Below are positions 48,947-55,283 of a DNA stretch of 55,283 nt, one piece after another (position 1 is the stretch's first letter; every line of letters starts with the position of its first letter). Source of the stretch: Thermoplasmata archaeon (GTDB taxonomy: Archaea > Thermoplasmatota > Thermoplasmata > Lutacidiplasmatales > UBA184). Location: positions 1 through 55,283 of the forward strand of contig JASHSU010000092.1 of assembly GCA_030038605.1 (NCBI GenBank). The letters are read 5' to 3'. The notes under the pieces are model-generated. The model saw only the letters and a program-made list of their open reading frames with translations, searched no databases and was not told where the DNA came from. Position numbers and translations under genes: made by a program.

Positions 48947-49438
48947 ATGACGCACGACGAGGCCCCCTCCGATCCCTCCGAGGTGAACCCCCCGAGGCTG
49001 TGGACCGTTGCGGAAGCCAACGCGCGCATCGCGGAGCTGGACGAGCTCCTGCCCCGCCTGCGGGCCTGGGCGGCCCGGCTGGGCGAGGTGCACGGCGAGC
49101 TGAAGCGACTCCAGGAGTTCTGGGGCCGCGAGATCGACGCGCCGGATCACGCGGACCACGAGCGCAAGGCCCAGCTGGACGCCGAGTGGAGCCATCTGAC
49201 GCAGCGGCTGGAAGAGGCGGTCGGCGCCCTCCACCGGGAAGGGATCGAGCTGCGGGACGTCGACTCCGGCCTGGTCGACTTCTACGGTTACATCGGCGGA
49301 GAGGTCGTCTACCTGTGCTGGCTTCGCGGTGAGCCGGAGGTCGGTCACTTCCACACCCTCACGGGGGGATTCCGGTCGCGGCGCCCCCTCCCCACCGCGC
49401 GGCGCGTCTCCACGCCCGGTCCCGGCGGGACGAGCTAG
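48947..49438 (+). CDS. DUF2203 family protein
   Basis: WTVAEAN, GLVDF, VYLCWLRGE, GGFRSRRPL; TATA-like GTAAATA at 48916-48922. Confidence 0.85.
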   Translation: MTHDEAPSDPSEVNPPRLWTVAEANARIAELDELLPRLRAWAARLGEVHGELKRLQEFWGREIDAPDHADHERKAQLDAEWSHLTQRLEEAVGALHREGIELRDVDSGLVDFYGYIGGEVVYLCWLRGEPEVGHFHTLTGGFRSRRPLPTARRVSTPGPGGTS

Positions 49439-50247
49439 GCGTCGTCAAGCCGGCGGGCTCCGCGGGCGTACCGGCCCTCGTCGATCGTCGGGAGCCCCAT
49501 CGCCGCGCGGAACTCGTTCACCGAGGCCGGAGCGTACCCGGCGTAGTGGTTGTTGAACAGGACGAACGCCATCTGCGCCGTGTCGTGCACGTCGCGCAGC
49601 CGTTGGGCCCACAGGCGCGTGACGGCCGACCGGTCGACCCGCACCTCCCCGTGCGACGCGGCCGGCACCGTTTCGTGATCGCCGATGAAGCGCAGGTAGA
49701 CGAAATCGGCCGTCCGGTCGGGCGGGACCTCGACGTAGGTCAGGTACGACCAGGCGAGCGCGACGTGACGGTCCGACAACTCGCGGAGCAGCCACTCGTG
49801 GGCTTCCCCCCGAAACCATCCGGCGTCCCGCACCTCGACCGAGTAGCGCGGACCGGGTTCGAGCGTATCGAGCAGTTGCGTCAGGAACGTCTGCGCCCGA
49901 CCGGGACGGACCCACGGCGGGAACTGGAGGAGGATCGCGCCGAGCTTCCCCTCCAGGTGTCGGGCCGCCCCCAGGAACGCCGCGACCTTCTCCGGGTCGA
50001 CCGGTTGCTTCGGGTCCAGGAGGTCGCGCGGGAACTTGAGGGTGAAGCGGAACGTCTCGGGTGTCTTGCGGCGCCACGCGGCGACCATGCCCGGCGCCGG
50101 GCTGCGGTAGTACGTGGCGTCGACCTCGACCGTGTCGAACAGTTTGGCGTAGACCGAGAGCCGCTCCCCGTCCGGGAGGCCCTTCGGGTAGACCCGACCG
50201 CTCCACGCGTCGGACGTCCAGGAGGAGCAGCCGATGCGCAACTCCAT
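49435..50247 (-). CDS. DUF72 family protein
   Basis: IGCSSW, TVEVDATYY, LLQFPP, YLRFIG, FNNHY. Confidence 0.9.
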   Translation of the reverse strand: MELRIGCSSWTSDAWSGRVYPKGLPDGERLSVYAKLFDTVEVDATYYRSPAPGMVAAWRRKTPETFRFTLKFPRDLLDPKQPVDPEKVAAFLGAARHLEGKLGAILLQFPPWVRPGRAQTFLTQLLDTLEPGPRYSVEVRDAGWFRGEAHEWLLRELSDRHVALAWSYLTYVEVPPDRTADFVYLRFIGDHETVPAASHGEVRVDRSAVTRLWAQRLRDVHDTAQMAFVLFNNHYAGYAPASVNEFRAAMGLPTIDEGRYARGARRLDDA

Positions 50248-50296
50248 GCGGCGGGACGAGCCGCCCCCGCCTAAAGACTGCGCGACCGAGGGCCCG

Positions 50297-51220
50297 TCAG
50301 TCGGGGCTCGCGCCGACGAGCCCCATCTCGACCGCCCGTATGGCCAACGCGAATCCCCCGACCGCGGCGAGGGCGGAACTGGCGGCCACGAGCAGCGGGA
50401 ACGGGGTGCCGAGGTCGAGCAGGATGAGGATCAACGGGGCGAAGAGGCCGGCCCCGCCGCCCACGACGCCGAGCGACGGCCGGTCCGCCCGCAACGTGAT
50501 CCAGGCGGCCAGCGCCGCGATGGCGGCGACCAGGCCCAGGAGCACGACCGCACCCCCGATCGCGGCCACGAACGTTTCCAGGTTGACGAACGGGGTGAGC
50601 GAGCCCAGGGTCCCGTTGGAGACGTTGCCGCTCAGCAGGGTCACGTCGATACCGGTGGCCCCCGCCGAAAAGACGGTGGACAGGAACACGTCGATCGTCA
50701 CGGGCGCGAACCCGGGCTCGCTCACGTTGACCGAGAGACCGCCCGTGGGCAGACCGCCGAGCGCGAACGAGCCATCGGAGCCGGTGACCGTCGAGTACGT
50801 CCGCCCCTGCTCGTCGGTGGCCACGACGGTCGCGCCGACGGCCGGAAACGGCGTCGTCACGTTGCGCGGCTGAAGTTCGACGGCCCCGCTCACGGTGAAT
50901 TGGCCGGGCGCGGTCGCCGCGACGGCGTAGTAGCCGAGAGCGCCGGCGAGGGCCGCCGCGAGCACCGCGACGGCGATCAGCGCGCTCGCGGCCGCCCGGG
51001 ACGCCCGCCATCGGGGCGCTCGGGGCGGCGGCAGGTAGGGGTAAAGCCCGGGGAGGACCTCCCAGCTGTACAGCGGCGGCGGGTCGCGCGGCAGGACGAC
51101 GGGGACCGGAGTCTGACAGTGGGGGCACGGAAACCACTGCGTGGGGGGAGCCTCCGCGGGGATGACCGCCACCGGCCCACCGCACGCCGGGCAGCGGACG
51201 CTGATCAACCGCGAGGCCAT
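50297..51220 (-). CDS. Zn-ribbon membrane protein with carboxypeptidase-regulatory-like extracellular domain
   Basis: CPAC...CPHC, a TM helix, GATV..TD...TGSDGSF.L.GLPTG beta-sandwich, several C-terminal TM helices. Confidence 0.7.
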   Translation of the reverse strand: MASRLISVRCPACGGPVAVIPAEAPPTQWFPCPHCQTPVPVVLPRDPPPLYSWEVLPGLYPYLPPPRAPRWRASRAAASALIAVAVLAAALAGALGYYAVAATAPGQFTVSGAVELQPRNVTTPFPAVGATVVATDEQGRTYSTVTGSDGSFALGGLPTGGLSVNVSEPGFAPVTIDVFLSTVFSAGATGIDVTLLSGNVSNGTLGSLTPFVNLETFVAAIGGAVVLLGLVAAIAALAAWITLRADRPSLGVVGGGAGLFAPLILILLDLGTPFPLLVAASSALAAVGGFALAIRAVEMGLVGASPD

Positions 51221-51253
51221 CGAGGACGACCGACCTCGACGGGGGTCTTATCC

Positions 51254-51874
51254 TTGCGTCCGCCCTTCGAAAAGCAACACGTCCGCGTCGTGGGGGTGGA
51301 TGACGGCGCCTTCCGTCGCACCGACCGCTGGGCCCCCGTGGCGGCCGTGGCGGTCGCCGCGCCCGACCGGGTCGAGTCGGTCGCCACGGGTCGGGTGCGC
51401 GTGGACGGGCGCGACGCGACCGAGGTCATTATCCAGCTCGTCCGACGGACCGGCGGGCTCGACGGTCTGCACGCGATCCTGCTGGACGGTGCGGTCGTCG
51501 GGGGGTTCAACGTGGTCGATTTGGACCGCATCCAACGCGCCTTCCGGGTGCCGGTCGTCGCCGTCACATACGCGCCGCCCGACTTCACGAAAATCCGGGC
51601 CGCTCTGCGGACCTGGTTCGGCCGAGATGCGCGCCGACGCTGGGAGCTGCTCCGACGTCACCGACTGTACGCCGTGCCCCCACCGGCGCCGCCCGTGCTC
51701 CTGACCGCGGTCGGATGCCGACGCGCCGATGCGGTCCGCCTCCTCCGCCGCACCGTGGTGCGGGGTCACCGTCCCGAGGTGCTGCGTCTCGCCCACCTCA
51801 TCGCGTCGGCGGGCGACGGCCGGCGCAACCGAAGGGTTATGGGCCGGGGCGCCGGTCGGCCCTCGGGCCTGTAG
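51254..51874 (+). CDS. DUF99 family protein (endonuclease V-like)
   Basis: GVDDGAF, DGRDAT, LDGAVVGGFNVVD, PEVLRLAHLIAS; TTG start is approximate. Confidence 0.85.
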   Translation: MRPPFEKQHVRVVGVDDGAFRRTDRWAPVAAVAVAAPDRVESVATGRVRVDGRDATEVIIQLVRRTGGLDGLHAILLDGAVVGGFNVVDLDRIQRAFRVPVVAVTYAPPDFTKIRAALRTWFGRDARRRWELLRRHRLYAVPPPAPPVLLTAVGCRRADAVRLLRRTVVRGHRPEVLRLAHLIASAGDGRRNRRVMGRGAGRPSGL

Positions 51875-51971
51875 CTTAGCCCGGACCAAGCACTGGCCTT
51901 CTAAGCCAGAGAACTCGGGTTCAAAGGCCCTCGGCGCGCTCCGCCGGGGGCGGAGACTCCCGACAGGCCCG
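51865..51971 (+). tRNA. tRNA-Arg(UCU) with a 32-nt intron at position 59/60 (51926-51957)
   Basis: Acceptor GGGCCTG/CAGGCCC, D stem GCTT/AAGC, anticodon stem CTGGC/GCCAG with loop CTTCTAA, T stem TCGGG/CCCGA, T-loop TTCAAA|T interrupted; GGGTTAT element 25 nt upstream. Confidence 0.93.
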
Positions 51972-51976
51972 CCTAC

Positions 51977-53038
51977 CTACCCGGCCGCTACTTCCGCGGC
52001 GCATTTCGCGCAGAGGATGCCGCGCGTGCCGGGGGCCAGCGGGTCGCCGCAGAGCGGGCACGACGCCCGGGCGTCGGCCGCGGCGATCAGCTCCTGGACG
52101 CTCGTGCGGAGCGCCGGGTGCGTCGTGCTGCCGGCGGAGGGAGCCGCCTCCGTGATCGCCGTCGGCGGAGCGAAGGCGTCCATCCGGGGTCGGTACGTGC
52201 CGGTCCTCCGGTCGAAGCTGGCGAACCCGCGGGCCGCCAAGCCTTGGAGGGCGGAGTCGACCGTCTCGCGGACCCCGCCGAAGACGTGGGACATTTCGAT
52301 GGCGGTCATCCCCTGCGATTCTACGAGGACCGACAGCGAGCGGGCCGCGAGCAGCGGCATGTCGCCCCGGCCGATCACGCGGTCGACGCGCCAGCTCGTG
52401 CGCGCCGTGCGAGGGACCCGTCGGGCCGGTGCGACCCGGCCCGCCCGGAGGTCCGTGAGGAGCGTCGACCGGGCGAGGTCGAGCTCGTAGGCGACGCGCT
52501 CGTCGGCGAAGTAGAGGAGGACGGCGACGGAGAACGGCAGCAAGCCCCGGGTCCGGCACGCCTCCAAACCCTCCGGGAGCGAGCGCATCGTGGTCGGCAG
52601 CGTGACCCGCGGGCCTCCGCTGGCCGCGCGGTCCTCCTCATCCTGGGTCCGGGGCAGGTAGTGTTCACGGAGCAGGAACCGCGCGATCACGTGCGTCGGT
52701 GCGCCCCCGCCGAGCGGGACCACGTCGGCCCCGCCGTCGGCGGCGAACGTCACCCGCTCGAACGGTCGAAGGAACTCCCAGGCTGCGCCGGCCGGCGGCG
52801 GCGACTCCAGGACCAGCTCCAGGGTCTCCCGGCCCGCGGTGGGGTCGGCGACCAGGTCGTAGAAGGTGCCGAACTCCCGTCCGTCCGCCCGCAGCCGGAA
52901 CGCGGCCAGCGGCGTCCGCCGCCGGGCAAGGTACTCCTCGTAGGCCCGACCGAGCGCCCGCTCCGAGAACGAACCGTGCCGCTCGTGGGCGAGTTTGCGA
53001 GCGAGCTCGTCGAGCTCACGCAGCGGTACGACGGCCAT
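51977..53038 (-). CDS. Hypothetical protein with a winged-helix-like segment and C-terminal Zn ribbon
   Basis: MTAIEMSHVFGGVRETVDSALQGLAARGFASFD..TGTY is wHTH-like; CPLC...CAKC at the C-terminus. Start 53038 or 53062. Confidence 0.65.
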   Translation of the reverse strand: MAVVPLRELDELARKLAHERHGSFSERALGRAYEEYLARRRTPLAAFRLRADGREFGTFYDLVADPTAGRETLELVLESPPPAGAAWEFLRPFERVTFAADGGADVVPLGGGAPTHVIARFLLREHYLPRTQDEEDRAASGGPRVTLPTTMRSLPEGLEACRTRGLLPFSVAVLLYFADERVAYELDLARSTLLTDLRAGRVAPARRVPRTARTSWRVDRVIGRGDMPLLAARSLSVLVESQGMTAIEMSHVFGGVRETVDSALQGLAARGFASFDRRTGTYRPRMDAFAPPTAITEAAPSAGSTTHPALRTSVQELIAAADARASCPLCGDPLAPGTRGILCAKCAAEVAAG

Positions 53039-54224
53039 CGGCCCTCCGGGATTCGATAACATGCTCGTAGAGGGAGATAAACCGGCGGGCCATCGACTCC
53101 AGCGACGCGCTCCGCGCCACCTCCTCGCGGGCCCGGACCCCGAGCCGGTGCCGCTGAGCGGGGTCGCCGGCCAGTTCGACCAGCATCGCGGAGAGGGCGC
53201 CGGGTACGAGGATCGGGACCCTTCGCCCGGTGGCGCCGTCCTCGACGAGTTCGGACGCCCCGCCCGTCGCCGGGGCCACGACGGTCGTTCCGCAGGCCAT
53301 CGCTTCCAGGAGCGCGACGCTCGACGTGTCGCTGGTCGACGGCAGCACGAAGACGTCGGTCTGGCTCAACAGGGCCGGCTTCTCCTCGTCCGCGACCGGG
53401 CCGATGTACCGGACCCGGGCGCGGAGCCGGGGGTCGCTGGCGATCCGCTCCCGCACGGCCCGCTCCTCCGGGCCGGCACCGCCGACGAGCCCGACCACGT
53501 CGGTCGACGCCGCGGCCTCGGAGACGGCGTCCAGGAATCGATGCACGCCCTTGTCGACGGTCAGGCGACCCAGGTAGGTCATCAGTGGCCCGGGCGGCAA
53601 ACCGCATCGGGCCCGCCAGTCCGGCACCGCGAGGTGGGGCCCGTAGCGGGCCACATCCACACCGTTCGGGACGACCTCGACCTCGCGCCGGAACGGTTTG
53701 CGCGCTCCGCCCATCAGCGCCGCCCGGGCCGCGACGGACGGCGCGGTGGCCACGTCGCACCGCCAGTAGAGTCCCAGGTTCCACCACCACGCGACCCGGA
53801 AGAACTGGGGGACGAGGAACTTGGCCGGGACGGAGATCTCCATCTCCCGGATGTTGGTGTGGAACGTGCCGACCAGTGGGCGTCGGAACCGTCGGGCGGC
53901 GAGAAACGCGGCGCTTCCGATGCCGCCGGGCGAGTGGACGTGCAGCACGTCGGTCTCGGCGAGACCCCGGGCCTCGCGAACCAGCCCGAACGGAAACAGC
54001 GGCCAGCGGTACTGCGGGTAGAGCGGGACCGGTAGCGACCGGACCCGCCGCACCGGTACCCCGTCCTCTTCGCCGTCCTCGGACGGGAGGCCGACCTTCG
54101 TCTGCGGGGCGAAGACGCGGACCCCGACGCCCAAGCGCGTGAGCGTACGGGCAAGTCCGCCCGTAACCTCGGCGACCCCGTCGCGCATCGGCGGGTACGA
54201 GTCGGTGAAGAAGGCGACCTGCAC
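53016..54224 (-). CDS. Glycosyltransferase family 4
   Basis: FFTDSYPP..DGV, VPNGVD, YLGRLTVDKG, LLEAMACG. Confidence 0.92.
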   Translation of the reverse strand: MQVAFFTDSYPPMRDGVAEVTGGLARTLTRLGVGVRVFAPQTKVGLPSEDGEEDGVPVRRVRSLPVPLYPQYRWPLFPFGLVREARGLAETDVLHVHSPGGIGSAAFLAARRFRRPLVGTFHTNIREMEISVPAKFLVPQFFRVAWWWNLGLYWRCDVATAPSVAARAALMGGARKPFRREVEVVPNGVDVARYGPHLAVPDWRARCGLPPGPLMTYLGRLTVDKGVHRFLDAVSEAAASTDVVGLVGGAGPEERAVRERIASDPRLRARVRYIGPVADEEKPALLSQTDVFVLPSTSDTSSVALLEAMACGTTVVAPATGGASELVEDGATGRRVPILVPGALSAMLVELAGDPAQRHRLGVRAREEVARSASLESMARRFISLYEHVIESRRADGRRTAA

Positions 54225-54300
54225 CGGTAGGGGCCTCGTTCCCGGCTCGCCGCGCGGGTTCCTATGCCTATCGGTGCGCCGGCAGCGGGCCGGTCACCGG

Positions 54301-55083
54301 TCAGACGACCGTCTGGAACGCCCGTTCGAGGCGGCTCAGGTCCCGCACGTCCAGCGCGCGCGGGTCGACGGAGACGACCAGGGCCGAGCCGGTCGAGCTG
54401 GCCTGCGAGCTCAACCATTGCACGAACCGCAACGTCGTTTCGAGCGAGTGCTCCGTGACGAAGAACTCGACCGCGTCGAAGTAGACGAGCGCTCCTCCGG
54501 GCGCCTCGGTCGGCTCCCGCAGCCGGCCGCCGATCTCGCCCGGGGCCGGGAGCGCCGCGGTGGGGTCGTCGCCCCGCGTGCCGACCGGGACGACGATCCG
54601 CTGCTCCGGCCGAAGCTCGGTCGTCTCGGGCGGATGGAGGGAGAGCAGCACGACCCTCGGGAACCGCGGCGCCGCCTCCCGCAACGCCTCGAGGGCCCGT
54701 CGGGGCCGCTCCTCGCGGACGAGCAGGCTGCTGCCGGGCGCGACCGGGAGACTCGCGGGGGCGGTGCTCGGCACCGGCGCGACCCACGGGCGCGCCCCGC
54801 CCGCGGGACGGAGCAGCGACGACCAGGCCGGCTGGCGCGGCGGCGCGAGCAGGCTCTTCCGCTTCAGTTCGACCTCTTCGCCGAGGCGGGCGAGGCGGCT
54901 CTCGACCAGCATCCTCAGCTCGGCCGCAGTGTGGCCCCGGGTCGTGTGCCCGAGGACCTCACGGAGGGCGCTCCGGGCTCCCTCCTCGTAGCCGGCCGCG
55001 TAGGTGCGGGCGTACTCCTCGTCGGCCGGTCCATCCTCGGGCGGCGTGCGGACCGGTCCGTCCCGGCGGAGAGGGGCGCTCAC
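54301..55083 (-). CDS. DUF835 domain protein
   Basis: VYFDAVEFFVTEHSLETTLRFV...VSVDPRALDVRDLSRLE resembles DUF835 (inactive RecA/KaiC-like fold). Confidence 0.8.
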   Translation of the reverse strand: MSAPLRRDGPVRTPPEDGPADEEYARTYAAGYEEGARSALREVLGHTTRGHTAAELRMLVESRLARLGEEVELKRKSLLAPPRQPAWSSLLRPAGGARPWVAPVPSTAPASLPVAPGSSLLVREERPRRALEALREAAPRFPRVVLLSLHPPETTELRPEQRIVVPVGTRGDDPTAALPAPGEIGGRLREPTEAPGGALVYFDAVEFFVTEHSLETTLRFVQWLSSQASSTGSALVVSVDPRALDVRDLSRLERAFQTVV

Positions 55084-55283
55084 GCGGACGCCCGGTCCGT
55101 CGCGCCGGACGCCGTCGACTCGACCGGCGCCGAGGGTCCGCGCGGGGGCGGGCGGACGTCGGACTCCCCGGCGGGGCTGAACTTGTAGCCGTAGTGGATG
55201 ACGCCGGCCCGGCCTTCCTCGCGGAGCTTCCGGAACGTGGCGCGGACCTTGAGCCCGATCCGGACGTCCGCCGGTTCGAGATC
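55080..55283 (-). CDS. DUF35 Zn-ribbon/OB-fold protein, C-terminal part (truncated by the window edge)
   Basis: Manual translation DLEPADVRIGLKVRATFRKLREEGRAGVIHYGYKF matches the archaeal DUF35 C-terminus. Confidence 0.85.
   Translation of the reverse strand, partial: DLEPADVRIGLKVRATFRKLREEGRAGVIHYGYKFSPAGESDVRPPPRGPSAPVESTASGATDRASA

Noticed and set aside
51865-51971. tRNA insert as an integrase attachment scar or mobile element
   Set aside because: No integrase and no duplicated tRNA end nearby; the insert forms a BHB-like splice motif.
53016-54224. GT4 as an MshA partner of the MshC-like CysRS
   Set aside because: About 27 kb away, and its N-terminus resembles diacylglycerol glucosyltransferase-like GT4s; nothing links the two genes.
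1-55283. Many long overlapping or antisense ORFs in the track (e.g. 21901..23784 -, 15112..17229 -, 28423..30198 +)
   Set aside because: Arg/Gly/Pro-rich shadow frames expected at high GC; they overlap well-supported genes and contain no recognisable motifs.
1-55283. CRISPR arrays, IS elements, proviral genes, rRNA
   Set aside because: No regularly spaced repeats, transposase or integrase motifs, or long non-coding stretch seen; the window is almost fully coding.

Overview
High-GC (roughly 70% by eye) archaeal chromosome segment, most consistent with a Thermoplasmata lineage outside Thermoplasmatales (inference: archaeal-type r-proteins, an N-terminally extended SecY, DUF835, and Topo VI, which is reported absent from Thermoplasmatales). 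Contents in order: a truncated SPFH gene; an uncharacterised nucleotidyltransferase/methyltransferase/GT2 cluster; an enoyl-CoA hydratase; a tandem GNAT; an 11-subunit complex I/Fpo-like operon with no NuoEFG, followed directly by a geranylgeranyl-reductase-family gene and a prenyl diphosphate synthase; a nitrilase-family gene; top6B-top6A; a C-terminally short CysRS-like gene; a stand-alone Lrp effector domain; BCP peroxiredoxin; an MMPL/RND transporter; the archaeal L3-to-SecY-to-Cbf5 ribosomal protein cluster; tdh-kbl; DUF2203, DUF72 and DUF99; a tRNA; and a DUF35-DUF835-GT4-wHTH run. The strongest signals are a tRNA-Arg(UCU) carrying a 32-nt intron in the T-loop (position 59/60, relaxed BHB), an apparent ACG start for nuoL, a NuoI with four 4Fe-4S motifs, probable quinone-tail genes appended to the complex I operon, an MshC-sized CysRS homolog lacking the anticodon-binding tail, and the NTase/MTase/GT2 module with two unusual fusions. 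No CRISPR array, rRNA or mobile element was seen. All family calls come from motif recognition, not database searches.
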